Assembly (NCBI GenBank): GCA_036172245.1
Contig: JAYWIR010000013.1
Span: forward strand, 4,402,001 to 4,466,000
Direction: 5' to 3'
DNA length: 64,000 bases
Origin: Raillietiella orientalis
Lineage: Eukaryota
Positions 24,686 through 39,526 of this stretch are shown here, in pieces; position 1 is the first letter of the stretch, and every line of letters starts with the position of its first letter. The position numbers were made by a program, and so were the translations under genes. Under the pieces are notes generated by a model. That model ran no database searches and was not told the DNA's origin. It saw only the letters and a list, made by a program, of their open reading frames with translations.

Positions 24686-27600
24686 CGGTCGCGTACGGAC
24701 GTGCTTTTGCGTCGCTCCGCGGTACGCTGACTCTTGAGTGTTTTTGTTCTGCTGTGCTTCTGTGCTGCAATGGGAGCAAAGAAGAACATTAGTCGCAAAA
24801 TTGGAAACGTACCTGCTTCTGAGATGGCGGTTTTGGCTACTAGCAAGGAGCCTCTGTCCTCGCCGACGGCGAGGACATTCGCGCAGATCGCTGCCCTCGC
24901 AGCTGCAATGAAACCTTCGTTCGACAGCCTTGAGCTGCAAGCGTATGTAGCAAATGGCTACACGCCTGCACTCAGGTATAAGGTAAGTGTGCTTATGCCT
25001 GAGTGGGTTGTGCGCGACTTTGGCCAGGAACTCCAAAAGATTGGAGTTCAAAAAGGACAGATGGAGTCCATGATGCCCATGAGTGGATGCGACTACTGAG
25101 AGGTGTCCAGTAAGGACGCTCTCCTTACGCAGCGTTTATGCATACTCCGCTACTCATTCGTGGGCAGGAAATACTCCCCAGCACTGCGGAGCAGTCGTTC
25201 GTTGTCCAGCTGAGTGGAGTGACTAAGGGCATTTCAAACCGCAAAGTCGTGGAGGGCTTTGAAAAATTTGCCATTATTTACGCGCTTTCGAGGTTGTCAA
25301 ACCCTGCTGAGGGTTTCAAAGACCACCACAGAGGGCTCGCGCAAGCGCCAGTGACGATGAAGGTTCGCCGGGCTATGCCCACGCGACTGCAGGTGGATGG
25401 AATGACCGTCCGCCTGTGGTATGCGGGGCACACGCTAGTGTTCGCGGAATGCGGGCAAGAGAGCCAACGCCTTACGAAGTGTCCCTCGACCGCTTGGCGT
25501 TTCTGCAACGAGCCCCGGCACACAAAAGAAACGTGCCCGGAGCTCCTTCTAAAAAACGAAAAGCGCAAGAACGAAGCGCGTATTGCATCGCGAAATAAAC
25601 GTCATGAATCGAGAGAAAAAACCTCAAAACTTCGGAGAGCGTTGCGAAAACCGCGAGCGCGCATGCTCAGAAAACTCTTCCTTCCCTCCACAAAAAAGGA
25701 GAGGGAAACAGGAAAAAACGCGTCGCGGCGAAGCCTCAGGCTACCGAGCCGACGGAAGCTCGCGAAGAATGCGAACTTTCACCCAGAACTCGCAGCGAAT
25801 TTTTCAAAGCAGGAGAGAGTGCGCCAAAGGGAAAGAAGCCTCCCACTGTCGGCATCGCGACCGCAAAGCCTACTATCAAGGCCTCGGCAAGTGGCCAGGA
25901 ATGCGGTCGCTCGCCCGATACAAGAAAATCGCGCCCGCGGGCAAAGAACTACTAGGCCGAGCAAAATTGCTACAACAGTGCCCTTAGCGGTCGCCAAGGC
26001 AACGCGCGAATCCTCCGATCTGCAAGTGGCAGCGCCTCTCGCGATCGCTGATGGAGTCGCTTACGCCTGCGTGGAGGCAGCACTTCAAGAGGCAGCCAAA
26101 GCAGCGCCTCTTACTTCCGCGGACGCAGTGCCATCTCAGGAGGGCAAACGTAACTGCGACGCGAAGGAAAACGGCTGGATACTGGTGAGAGAGGTTATTA
26201 AAAAGAAACCGTCAAGGTACTCACAGCTCTATGTGAAGGTGAGTGGGCGGAAGAGACCCGCGAAACCATCCCAAAAAAAGATTGCGATCCTTTCTTCCTG
26301 TGCAGTCGTCCTCTCGCGCATGGAGCAAGAAGCGGCTGCTGCAGCTAAAAGGACGAAAGTCTTAGTCGCAGTAGCAGAAAGCGCTAAAAAACAGGTAGCA
26401 AATGATTTCTCAAATTCAGGGAAACTGAAGCGGCGCCTGGAAAGCGCTCGACTGTCGGATTCTGATCCAGAGTCCGACACAATGAGCTCACAGCGCGAAA
26501 CCCGCCCGAAACCTCGCAATCGCCTCCCGAATACCCGCTAGAGCGTAGTTGCCGAAGAGGATCTGCTGCCGGGGAGCAAAGAGGAGGGGATGGACCTCAC
26601 CTCTGAGCTACCGGCAACAAGCAGGGCAACTTCGAATGGAGATGTCCACTCTCCAAGTTCTGCCGTTCTGTCTCGTGACCACTCGCTGGACCAGGCGACA
26701 CACCTGTGCTCACATTGCCAGCCCTAATGCAGGAAGTCGCCTCTGTTCGTCGGTTCAGCGTAGCCTTTAGGAACGTCAACGGGCTTCGCAGGGACGGAAA
26801 GAGGCGCGGCGTGTAAGACACCCTGCGAAATTACGACTTGCCGATCCTTCAGGAGATGCATTACATCTCCGACGCGGAGCTTGCCTAAATTAAACGGCGC
26901 GCGGGTGGCACCCTGTACTGGCGAGAAAATTATGCACAATCGTGAGGAGTCGGGTTTCTCGTTAAGAGTAGGATGGAGGGAGCAGTGCGCAGCGTTCCAT
27001 TCGACCAGGAAGGGCGATTAGGCCAACTTGTACTCAAGTGGTCAGATTCAATCGACCTTGTCCTGACGAACGTCTACGCGCCGAGCGGCTTTCATCGGCG
27101 CGCCGAAAGAATCAAGTTCCTTGATGTGCTGGAGAGGCAATGCCTCAGGAACTTCGGAGACAGAGTGGTACATCTCGTCGTAGGGGACTTCAACGTCCAC
27201 CTGCTTTCCAACGAGACGACGTCCCTGGAGGAACGGTCGCGGGTGGAAGAGGCATGCGCGTCAATGCACGCGCGTAACTTAGAAGCCAGCGAGCCTGGAC
27301 TGCAAAGGTGCGTGGATCACGTCTACCTTCATTAACACCTACTCTCACGAGTGGGAAGAAGAGGCAGGTTGTCGTCCACTTTATAGGACCATGATAGGAC
27401 GGAGTTCGAGCTACTCCCGCCGGGCAAGGGACCTCCGAACAATGTTTGGAGGCTGCCGGCGGATTGGCTCAGTCGTCCGTATGCAGCGGAGCATCTTTGC
27501 CAGTTCCTTCGCGGCTTCGCCATCCGGCAGCTCGCAGACTGTGACCATCTCCAAAGATCGGCTCGCGAGTTTTGAGACCGGTTCCCTATGCACCTCCAAA

Positions 27601-28440
27601 CGCGCGGTTTTGAAGAAGGCGTGGCCAATAGCAGAGAATTTATGCATGACTGCAACTTGTCTAGACGTGCTGAAGTCCGGCACCTCGCAGTGTACAAGAC
27701 CAGGGCCGAGCGCCAAGTCTGGCAGTCTGGAGCGGCTATTCTGCGCGACGACCAAGGCCGGGAATGCTCGGCTCCTTCCGAAGTACTGCGAACACTAAGG
27801 CGTCACTTCTCTTTACTCTACGCCAAATATCTGACGGAGAGAATCCTCTCGGAACTGCTTCTGCTACGGGGTGCACAAGGCATCGGCAAGGAGGAACGCT
27901 CCTGACTTCACGAGCCCTTCTCGTTGGAGGAACTTTCTTCCGCCAACGCAGGACGCAAGAAACGGAAGACGCCAGGTGAGGACGGGCTACCCGCGGAGCT
28001 CTATCAGAGCTTCGCTGCGTAACTCGCCCCAATGGTGCTCAGACTTTCGACGCTGATGAGGTTGACGTGCGATGTCACTTCTTCCTTCCTCTCAGCGAGA
28101 GTGCGTCTCCTTCTGAAAGGAGGATATCTGTTCCAACTCAACAACTGACGTCCGATCACGTTAGTGAATACGGACGTCAAGTTGTTTTTCAAGCTGTGTC
28201 ACACGACCAAGGAAAGTCGGGAGTCCGTGGTAAGCCCGCAGCAGTCTTACGCTGTACCGGTTAGATTCATGCATGCAAACCTTTTTTTCGAGCGCACCTG
28301 GTGGCAGCTGCAAGAGCACGTTGCGGCGGACAGCCGAACAGTGGAAAGACCCTCTGTTGACTGCGAGCGCCAGTGCAGACGGTCGGAAGAAAGGCCGAAA
28401 GCCTTGGCAGTAGCAGTAAATTTGCATAAAGCACTCGATT
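24686..28440 (+). mobile_element. 5' part of LINE Y' (ORF1, EN, RT N-terminus), cut at KALD by W
   Basis: ORF1 in 24734-26541, TAATG overlap at 26725-26729, EN motifs TNVYAP and VVGDFN, RT motif AVAVNLHKALD. Confidence 0.9.
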
Positions 28441-28442
28441 TT

Positions 28443-31400
28443 CACCAGGATTTCGCCTTTGCGTTTATTGAAACAATAAACATTAACAAAGACATGCAGT
28501 GGCTGGACCATTGCTCCAGCCACGCACGAAGAAACACAGAGCCCGCCGGGTCAACGGTTCGAAGACCGGAACGGTCCACTACGGCAGCTGGGGGAAGAAG
28601 GAAATACAAAAAAACAAAACAAAAAGAAAAGAACAAGTGAAAGGGTACGGAAAGGGATCACTGTAGCTGGTGGGGCCTTTGCATCCTTTGCTGGATGCCG
28701 GCAAGCTCTTGCTGCATGCTTGGATCCAGGTGGGGCCATCGCGACGCCCTTCTCAGGAACTGTGAGGCTGGCTGGATGGCACCATAGTCGTGTGGTCCTC
28801 TCGTAGCCTTGCTCTAGGCGGCGACGATCTCATGTAGGCAGCACAGGGATGCAAACGAGGCCGCTAATTGAAAGGCATCGGCAACGAAGAGGGCTCTCAT
28901 AGCGTCCCTCGGAATGCCACAGGGGATTCCGAGGCCGCAGCAAAGGGGAACCAAAGGGGTCGAGGGACAACACAATCCACAAGCAGGTATGGGAGGGACT
29001 TTAGTTCCCCACACCTAATACAAGTGGAGTCAACCGCTCCCCAGGTCCAGTGGTGTCGGCGAAAGTGGCAGGGGAGTCCTCAGTGCTGCAAAGGAAGAGC
29101 CGACTCCTGCCATTGTAAGGAGAGAATGGAGGTGTTCATTAGTAACGGGGTCCACTGCAGACGTTCATTGGGAACAGCGCGCGCCAGCGTAGAAGTCCAT
29201 GGGGAGGCGTACTCGGGGTGACAGGGTCAGTCAGCTGACCTGTCTTCCACTCTCCTATCTTCTTCTCCTTCCCAGAGATTGTAACTGCAACCTACCATTT
29301 CGCCGCAACATCGCTGTACACATCTTCCATCAGAGAGGGCAGCGAAGCAGCGAGGGGGGTTCTTCCTGTCCACGCACTCTTCTTTCGATCCTCCAGGATC
29401 TCGCGGAGCGTGCAACTTCTGTAACCAATAAACAAGAATCTATGTTCCTGTTGGGAGCGTTGCATGTTAAACTGTCCCCACGTGCAAACGGTTTCCTGCA
29501 ATAAGGCACTACCGTTTGAAGGGAGACAGGTGACCAATCCTTAATTTTTCCGTGGGAGCGCAGCCACACACCGTGGCTGGAGTCCGCATCGGTTGACGTC
29601 GCGAAGGAGTACAAGTAACGACGTGAGTCCCGACTTTCCGGTGGCTTGCTGGAGAAGGAGATGTGCATGGACGCTCCAACAGGTGCACCACAACTCTGGA
29701 ACAAATGCCGACATTCGGAACTAAAGCTGAAGCTCTAGCCGCTCCAATCTCAGGAGGCCGAGACCACAGTCTCGACACGGAGCGCACAAGTCCTTTAAGC
29801 GGACACGAGCCCTCCCGTTGCCCCAAAGGGCGATATGGAGTAGGTCCTTCGTCCGCTTTTTTATTCTTTCTGTGAGGAAGCAAACAAAAAGCATGGGACG
29901 GAGAAGAGGTGCCGCGAACGTGTTCCAAAGCGCGGCCCGTTCAGTCAGGAAAAACCTGCCGCGTTGGAACTGGCCGATTGCCGTCTCTACTTTCTGGAGG
30001 CAGCCGGTCCACTCATCCTCAGGGGAGTATTCCCCCAACGGCAAATTGAGGTACTTGAAGTACCTCACCGTGTTGATCCACAAACGGACTTAGTCCTGCT
30101 GCCCTGCCGACGCCGCACCAACTGGCATCACGGACGACTTCGCCCTGTTCACCGTAAGTCCGGTTCCCCGATGCAGCAGGTAGAAGAACTCCTCGACCGC
30201 CGAAGCCAAGGTGGACATAGGGAGCAGCAGCAGAAGGTCGTCCGCGTACTCTGAAACGGCCGGCGTACCGGCACAGTCGTCCGGAAGATGCGCCAGAGTT
30301 TCCCTGTACGCTCTCATTACCAACTCAAAGTAGGTACTGAAGAGCAAGGGGCTCAGACTGTCTCCCTGCCGAACCCTCCCCGCACCGACACGCCGTGCAC
30401 TGTCTACCCACTAGAGGAGAGATTCAACAGCGCATCGCGCCAGCTGGAGCGCAGATAGGCCAATAATGAGGCCGCGAACCCCAAACGTTCCAGAAGCTCC
30501 AGCTGGAGATACTGGTCGACGCTGTCGGATGCTTTACTGAAGTCGACTGCGACTGCAAGGGCTCCCTCCCCCATCCGACCATCAGACCTTTGCCGGCTCA
30601 CGCACCGGAATTCCGGCTGCGCTCCAAGCTTTTTTCTTGTTGGAGATCTAGCCAGGTGGAAGCGTGGAACAGGATACCCTCCATGCTTCGCCCGGGAACA
30701 GCATATGCCAGTTCCGGGCTGATGAAGATGTTGGCAACCCGTCCCTCCCACTCTGCCCAAACTTTAGCCGGCAACATGACGTCCGCATTTACTATTGCGA
30801 TGAGACGCCAGTTGTTGATGCTCCTCAGGTTTCTTACCTAAAGAAGGAGCCGCAACTTGGCCGAAAGAAACGAGGCGGGAACGTCACCTGTCTCGCGCAT
30901 CACCAAGGTGAGTTGTTGTAGTAAGGGGGTAAGCTCAGCCGCGAAAGTTCGATAAAACTCCGCAAGCAGGCCGTCCTCTCCTGGAGCCTTGCGCCTCTTG
31001 AGCTTTCCGATGGCCGAGAGGATCTCGTCCATCGTGAAAGGCTCGTCGAGGGTCTTTCTTGCCTCCTCCCCGATCGCTGGAGCGCCTTCCGGAAGCAGGA
31101 GTCGTGAGACATTTCTCTCCGGAGGTGCCCTGGCATACAGGGAGGAGTGTTATCTCCGCAGCCGTCCGTGGATTTGGGCGGGTACCGAGTGCTCCTGGCC
31201 CTGAGCGTCCAGCAGGCTGCCCGATTCAAACTGCCAGGTATGCCTCTCTCCTCCTGCTTTGTATTGCGCCAGCCTGCGGATGTCGGGGGTCCTGGCGTAA
31301 CGACGGATCAGCAGATAAGTCCGTTCGTTACGGACCCTGGTCCCAAAACATGTAGGTAGGCGGTGAAGAGGGAACTGGTCGCATAACTTCTGGACCGACC

Positions 31401-31762
31401 GCTTGCTGCGGTCCCAATCCTGCAGTGTCCACAGCCTGAATCTTCGTGAGAACGTGCGAAGATGTTCCGCAGCGTCCGGGAAGTCCAGCCAGTCCCCTGG
31501 GAGACGCCACGCTGACAAGGGAGGCCCTGTCTTGCGGATGGATCTCGAAAACTATCGGGCGAAGGTCGGACTGTTCGCACGGCAACTTGTTGCGCCTGCC
31601 CATGGGAGGGCTCATGTGCTGATCAAAGAACACATGGTCGTTACTGTCCTCCATCTTCTGTGCACTGGCCTACAAATTACAGGTGTGCACCGCCATGCAC
31701 ATTTCGTTGACCAGGTCACGCTCGTGATTCTGCACATCTGTTTTCAGGCGAACGTTGAAATT
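28443..31762 (-). mobile_element. 3' part of LINE 'W' (from EN FNVRL to 3' UTR)
   Basis: KAPGEDGL, AVDFSKA, EYADD and FKYLN. Terminal AATAAA + degenerate hairpin at 28444-28470 (rc). Confidence 0.85.
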
Positions 31763-31764
31763 TT

Positions 31765-34606
31765 TTACCCGGTAACGCCGGGAGGTTCATTGATATAAAC
31801 GAGCTAGAAACAGTTGTTTCCAGTCCATGACTATGTAGACTTGCAGCGGAGATTCAGCAATGGCACGCAGGCCAGGTAAACGAAACAACACTGACGAGTG
31901 ATTATGGTCAAAAAAAAAAAAAAAAATTTTATTCTGTAGGAGTAGGCCAGGGAACTTTGGTGACGCTCCGCAGTCACCGGGAAACTCATAAGTTTCAGCA
32001 CCAAAACCCCTGCGGAGCGTATAGGGAAAAGGATGCGAGAACAAAAAAAAAATCAATTAAAAATAAAATGAGGGCGGATCACCGGGTTCGTCGTTCTAAG
32101 CCGTTTCTCATCCGGCGATGGATACCGGTTAGCTGCTCCGTTGTGTCTTCCCATAAGTGTCGCCACCCAGCTGCCGACCTGATGAAGTCGGCTGCCTTCC
32201 TGGTGACACAACATTGCTGTCCATTGTTCTCCAGCACGTCTTGGACCGTGACGATGGCGCGGATGCAACCAACAGTGGAAATCGTCGCAACCATTGAAAG
32301 TCCTTGTGGCTGGAAGAACCGTCGCAGCACTTCTAGAGAGGTGTCCCCCAAAAGCGGAAGAGCTGCTGCTAGCCTCCACCAGAGTTCCAGGAGGGCACCG
32401 CAGTCCATAGCAAGTTGCGGGAACGACTCCGTCGCCCCGCACCGGGCACAGTAGGGAGAAGCCACCCCACCGGAGACTCGGTGGCGCCTCTCGTTGTAGA
32501 GCAAGCCTTAGTGCAAGAAGAGCAAGACGCCTTGCTTCCATGCAAGGGGAAACACCGAACCGTGCAAACACCAAGGAGGGATCGTAAGTTCCTCGAAGGC
32601 AACACCTAGTGCTTCTCCCCACCGAAGTAATCCCTTTGGTGTTGCACGAGGAGTGGCGGCATCCGAAAGCTCGCTCGTGGCCCATTCGCCAACTGGTTTT
32701 GTTCTTCCTGCAATGATGCAAGACAACTCCCACTTCGCCGGCTGGCTACTGTCATCTCGATCCTCGAGTGCAGACAGTGCTTCGGCAAGGGGCGTGGTGG
32801 CAAGGAATGAAAACTTCACCTCGTCCTGCATGACATCTTGGAGGGACCAAGGTTGAAATCGACGCAGGGGGTGATCTCCACGGCTCATTTCTAAGGATAC
32901 AGCCCAAGAATCAATGGATTCCTGCCGCCAAGCATTGTAGTTCATCGGGCAGCATGAAATCCACTAATTGGCTTCCAATAGGGAGGCGATTTGCCTCAGA
33001 GGATAGCCAAATCCCTGTTTCCTGTGACGCATGCTAGGCACCAAGGAAAGAAGTCCTTCACTGCCTGCACACCTCCTTAGGAGGATGCGCGCGGGCGCAC
33101 ACAGCAGGGAAGTCCATAGCTCGGCACACAGTGCGAGCGTTCGGAACTGCACTGGCAGTCCGATTTTCTCCATCGCAAGGATGACAAGAACAGCATCCCG
33201 AGGTCGAGCCGCGAGGTATTTCAGGCGGATCCTGGATTGCGTCGGACCCCAGAGTGCATTCCTTAGCAGGCGTTTTGCACGCTCTATGGCCGCGTAAAGG
33301 GGTCCAAGACAAAAAACAGGGATCGTAGGAGGTGGGCCACGAAGCTGTTCCAAATAGTTGCCTGTTCCGGCAAGGTGAACTTGCCATTAGTGAACATGCT
33401 GCCTGCCGACTCTGCCTTTTGAAGGCAGTCCGACCACGTCTCGGCTGAACCGAGGTCGCCCAGCGGAACTTCAAGGTACATGAAATACCCTGCCGTAAGA
33501 TCCCCAGGCGGATCCAGTCGGACTGCCTCTGCCACGACGCTACTACAGTTACGACCACGTTCTTCTTTTGGTTTACACTCACGCCCGCTCCCCGACGAAT
33601 GAGTTCAAAGAAATCTTCGACACTCCACGCCGGGGTGGACATGGGGAGCAGAAGAAGCAGGTCGTCTGCATAGGCAGCCACGGCAGGCGTACCCGTTCAG
33701 CTAATCAGGTACTTAAGCGTCAGCCTGTACGCCCTCAGCACCAACACGAAGAAGAAGCTGAAGAGCAACGGGCTTAAGCTGTCACCCTGTCTGATGCCCC
33801 TGAGCACGGGAATAACGTACACGAGGCAGCCGCTAAAAGAAATGCAGGTTAGCGCGGGGCTCCAGCAAGCGCGCAAGTGCTTCAGGAGATGAGCCGGGAG
33901 ACCCAGGCGTTCCAAGAGCTGAAAGAAGAGCCCTTGGTTCAGGCAATAGAACGCCTTGTGCAGGTCGACTGCGAAAGCCAAGGCACTCGGCATACCCTCC
34001 TGCCGCTTCTGTCGATACCGTGTGCCCTTGGCAGCAGCCTTGGGCACGGATTGGCATTGCTGCGCTACGCGCTGCTGCAGCTGCATCCAGGTGCGGGCAA
34101 ACAGGAGTTTCGCATCCATGGACCACACGGGAACAGCGATAATCTGCTCCGGGCTTACGAAGGACTGCGCGATTCTCCCTAGCCGCGAAACCCACAGCTT
34201 AGAGAACAACTTGACTTCCGAGTACACCAGGACGATCGCACGGAAGTTGTTGAGATGGCGTGCATCTCTACCTTTCAGCAAGAGACGCACCCTCGCTGAC
34301 CGGAAGGAATTGAGGACATCCCCCGAGACCCTCATCAGCGAGGAGAGTCTAAGCACCAGAGGGACGACTTCCGCCTAGAAGTGTGATAGAACTCCGCGGG
34401 TAGCCTAACCTCACCTGGTGCTTTTCATCTGTTGAGTCCGGCGATAGCGGAAGAAATTTCCTCTGCCGTGAAGGACTCTTCGAGACATGCACATTCCTCT
34501 CGCTAACAACGGAAGATTCCTGGGACAGAAGTATCTCCCAAAAGATATTTTCCGTAGGCGCTTAAGCGTATAGCAAGGAGTAATGACGTCTTAAAATGCG
34601 GCGAAG
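31765..34606 (-). mobile_element. 3' part of LINE 'V' (RT to 3' UTR)
   Basis: RGIRQGDSLSP, AYADD and PYCARCGATESFPQLAMDC. Terminal CCCGG-CGTTA-CCGGG (rc) at about 31767-31782. Confidence 0.85.
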
Positions 34607-37600
34607 ACCGGCTGGAGCCACAGCCAACGACGGACGTGTTTTCGAAGCGCTCCGTCAACAGAAGGGTTCCTTTGTAATGTGTCGCATGCTTTCAAGGCTG
34701 TTGACGAGCAAAGATGCCTGAAAATGCCGCCTCTAAAGGCTAAAGAGGCGGAAATGCTCCGCTTTCCAAGCCTGCTGAGGTGAGATCTCGCCCAACCAAC
34801 CAATCGACCCCCGCCGCCCCGACGAGGGCATGGAGCGCGGTAGCAGCAGCCGAAACGCCGGACGTCTCCGCGGAAATTGCGGCCTACATACAGAAAGCCT
34901 ATAATCCCGCCCTCCTGTAAAGAGTAGGCAATTTATATTCGCCTCTCCGAGCACGAAAATTTGAAAATGCCATCCTTAAAATGGGCATTAAGGAAGAGGA
35001 GACTACGTGCCTCTCCGTGCGCAACGGCGGGCAGTTTGCCGAGTTAATCTGCAAAGATGCAGCTCTGACTCACAAACTGCTCTGCACGCCTGTGCAGATG
35101 GAGGGTCGCAACATCCTTCTCTACACGGTGGACCGTTCTATTGTGATCCACCTAACGGGAACAACGGTGCGAATAGACGATACGTCCATTCGCGCCGAAA
35201 TTGAAAAATACGCGGCGATTCCTGCCACGTTACTAAAGCCGAACCCTTTCGGTATTAGAACTGCCTTTAGCGGGCTCGTCGCCGAACGCGTGACCCGTCG
35301 CGAGGAATGCAAACTTCCTCACAAACTCGAGATCGGCACCAAGTTTGTCGATGTATGGTATGTGAGGAAGCCGAAGGTTTGCGGCATATGTAAGACGTTC
35401 GGGCATCTCAAACAGAGATGCCCGGATGCATTATGCCCCACGTGCAACTCTAAGGGCCACACTAAAGTGGTGTGCCCAATGAACGTCGCCCCACTGCCGT
35501 CAGAATCTTCCCAGAATATTAAGGAGAAGATTGCGACTGAAATAAATCGAAATGTAATCGCGGAAGGACCGCCGACCGAAACAGTCGTGCAACAAGCAGC
35601 GGACTCATTAAAAGAGAATCCGAAACAGACTGCCGACAAGGAAGGCAGGTAGCTGGTCGCGCTGCGACCAAGTCGCGAATCGAGCGTAAGTAGCGAAGAA
35701 GGAGCTTTCAGGAAAGCCACGGAAGAACTGGTGGCCATGTTCCAGCAGCCACCCAAGGCAGAGGAAAATGACTTGAGTTCCCCGGCTGAGGCAAAAGGAC
35801 CAGAGTCTAGCGAGTCCGAAGCCGAAGCCGGCAACGCACCTTCCGTCGATCGTTGAAAGTGCAGGGCAAGACCTAAGGTAGGCAACCCGCGAAGCACAGC
35901 TCCTTCTCAGGCGGAGGAGGGAATGCTCTCGGCAGACGAGAAGGCGAAGTCCGCGAGGTCTCGCGACCCCTCGTTGGAAGCGGTCTTGCCTAAGCAAGAT
36001 ACACCGCCCTTGATCGACGCACAGCCTCCATGCGAGGCACAAGCCGTCGAAATTAATGCACTTCTCCCTCCTCCTAAGCAGGAGGCGGCAATCACCTTAT
36101 CATTATAAATGCACCGTCGCGTGGACTTTCCTCTCGCCGGGGCTTGCGCGTAATCAGTTGGCACGTAAACGGGTTGCGCGAAGTCGGAAAGAGGAGAGCA
36201 ATAGCCGCCATCTTTCGAGATCTCGATCTGGCACACCTGCAGGAAACGCAAGTGCTCCATGGAGAAGAGACCCAGGAAATTGAAACGATCGCATGAGGGC
36301 GGCTCACATGGCGCAACGGAGATCACCACAACCGCGCTGTGGCGTTCTTTATGAAGCCAGCCGTGGATCAGGCGCTGCGCGGCGTGCAGTTCGACGGGGA
36401 AGGTCAAATCGGGCAGCTTGTGATCAAGTGGTCCAACGCGATCGACCTCGTGATTACGAACTAGTACGCTCCAGGCGATAGCCAAAGCTCCGCCGAACGC
36501 GATGCTTTCTTCGGAGGTCTGCCGCGAGATTGTCTGGCCGAAACGAACATAAAAAGGGCACACCGGATTGCCGGGGAATTTAACGTCGGCCTGCTGGCAC
36601 GTGCGCCCGGATCACGAGCACAACTGATCAACGAGATGTGCGCAGCAATGCAAGGGCGCAACTTGTTGAACAGTGACGATGGGACGGAGACAAGGATAGA
36701 CCACATGTTCCTCGACCATCTCCTGTGCACGCGGGTGGGAAATCGGAAACATTGCTTTCCGCGTTGTCCGACCATCCTCGGCTTGTGCTCGAGATGCATT
36801 CGAGAGAAAGAGGACCACTCTCTCAAACGTGGCGTTTGTCAGGGTACTGGTTGCGCCTTGCAGGAGCAGCTGAACACCTACGCGAATTCCTGCGAGGATT
36901 GAATCTTGAGACGCTCCCGGACTGGGACATAATGGAGAGTTCAGTCCGCGAGTTGTGCGACCAGTTCCCCTTGGACCGTCTTCCCTCAGGTTTCGGAGGA
37001 GAAATCAGGAAAGACGGCGCGTTCCTACAAACCCGTACTCACTCTAGGAATCCCGACGTGCGAAGCCTGGCGGAATATAAAGCTGGAGCTGAGAGATAGG
37101 CCTGGCAATCCGGCTCAGGGAGCTTACTGGACGCTCAAGGCCATGGGTGCTCAACCCCAGCACAGGTGAGCCACATCTTGCGAAATTTCTACTCCGCTTT
37201 ATACGCGGGGCGAACCACAGAGCGCGCCTTTGCGCAGCGATTGCTGCCGCAGGACGCCTCCGCGTTGAAGCAGGAGGATCGAGAACAAATACAGGTGCCT
37301 TTCCCGATGACGGAGATCATCTCTGCCATCGGAAAACTCAAAAAACGGAAGGCACCAGGGGAAGACGGCCTGCCCGCAGAGTTTTACCAACTGTTCGCGG
37401 CGGAGCTGGCCCCCCTGGTGCACAAACTATGCACGCTGATCCGAGAACAAGGGGACGTTCCCATGTCGTTCCGGTCAGCCAAAGTACGTCTCCTTCCTAA
37501 ACAAGGAGACACCCGCGACGTAGGCAACTGGCGTCCCATCACCATAGTGAATGCGGACGCAAAGTTGCTTGCTAAACTTTGGGCTGAGCGACTGGGACGT

Positions 37601-39526
37601 GTGGCGGAATCCGTAGTAAGTCCGGAGCAGACGTACAGTGTTCCAGGAGGATCCATGGGGGCCAACCTCTTTCTCGCCAGCACATGGTAACAGTTGCTAC
37701 AAAGCAAAGCCCAGGGAAGTCAAGAGAATGCTGGATTCTTTTCTGACCAGGGAGGTGACGCCCTTCATGGAAGAGCCGCGCCAGGAGCCCTTGCGGTCGC
37801 AGTCGATCTGCGTAAAGCATTCGACTGCGTCGACCAGGAAATCCTCCTGGAGCTCCTGGAACGTTTAAGATTCCCGGCAGTCTTCTGGGCTTGTTTGCGC
37901 TCTTGCTGGCGCTTCGCAATTATAAACATCGCTTTTAGCAGCCGACATGTGAACGGCGTTCCAATTCGTCGAGGCATAAGGCAGGGTGACAGTCTGAGCC
38001 CCTTGCTCTTCAGCATCTACTTCGAGTTGGTGCTGAGGGCATACAGGATGACTCTGGCATCCCTGCCGAGCTCGTGTCCCGACACACCTGCCGTGTCGGC
38101 CTATGCCGATGATCTGCTTCTGCTTCCCGGGTCCACACCAGCGGAGGCGCTCTAAGATTTCTTTGAGCTGCTGCACCGAGGGACGGGCCTCCAGGTGAAC
38201 AGAGAGAAATCCACAATTGTGGCAACATCACCACTTCTTTCAAGAAATACGGAGTAGGCTGGACGGCCGGACTGGATCCGCTTGGGGATCCCCACGGGCA
38301 GGTGCTTCAAGTACCTTGAAGTTCCGTTGGGGGACTTCTGCGTTGCAGAAGCCGGGTCCAACCGTCTCCAAAAGGTGGAGTTGGCGATCGGCCCGTTCTG
38401 GAAAGGCAAGTTTTACTTGCAGGAGCGGGCCGCGGTGTGGAACGCTTTCGCGGCCCCCCTTCTTCACCCCTAACTTTTTGTTTGCCCCGCCCCTCCCATC
38501 ATACAGAGACGGACCAAAGCCCTCTTGAGGATTGCCCTTTGGAACACAGCGAGCTCGCGAGTCCGATTGAAAGACTTGTGCGCTCCACACAGGGATAGTG
38601 GCTTGGGCCTCCTTACGTTGGAGCGCATCCAACTACAAACAACACTTCGGAAGTTAGCCCTTTCGGCTAGCTTATGGATGACGCCATGGTGCGAACCGAA
38701 ACGGCTCCTCGCCAGAATAGCGACCGGCTGCGACGGATTGTCCTCGATCCTCGTGGTGTACGAGCGCAGCCTCCACCACAGCTGTGGCTTTCATCTGCGC
38801 CAGATGGTCGCCCTGATGAGGGGGAATTCCTGGATCTCCTGCCGCCCCGCGAACTGCACTGCCTGGATTCAGGGGTGAGTTTACGCGTGGGCCAAGATCA
38901 ATGGCACGAGCGAAGCGGAGTACAACTGTCTCCGTCGAGGACCGAACGCTCGACAGCCCCAGAAGGAGATAATCAACAACCCAAGGAAATTGCTGTCGGT
39001 TTCTTTGACCCCCCTTGCCCCCATGTTGTCCTCCTTCCAGAACATCGGGAACGGCAACGAACGAGCATTGTGGGAAGTGTCCTGCCTCATCCAAGACAGG
39101 AGAAAACCATTGAAGGCGTGGACGACTCGGGAGTTATCGGACGCTGCACCCCCGACCGTCACATTTAAAGGAATTGTGCGCTGTGGGGAGCTACTCGGCA
39201 TAACTCCGGAGGAGGTGAAGTGGCCCCCAGCGTGCTGGGTTTCTTGCACCCCACCCTGGAATGGCAAGAGTCGCGCTGCTTTTACACCCGGGTGCGCCGG
39301 GGCGTTTATTTCTTTAATAAAAAATAAACAAGCAAGTGTAGGGCTATCGCCTCTACAGTGTTCAGAACATGTTCTTCTGAACTCGCCGAGTGGGCAGCAC
39401 GCAGGCTACCAAGGTCGACTCGGCAGCGGAGGGGGAAGGGACAAATAGAAAAAAGCAAAAAGAAAACACTATTTACAAAGGCAGGGAGGTGTTGGGGAAG
39501 GGATCACGTTCCGCTGGAGACGTCCT

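Noticed and set aside
24660..24720. Twin-priming 5' inversion as the cause of the head-to-head ORF1/ORF2 junctions
   Set aside because: Y' extends about 400 bp past the point where Z' begins, and the overlapping RT sequences are clearly different subfamilies, so these are separate elements.
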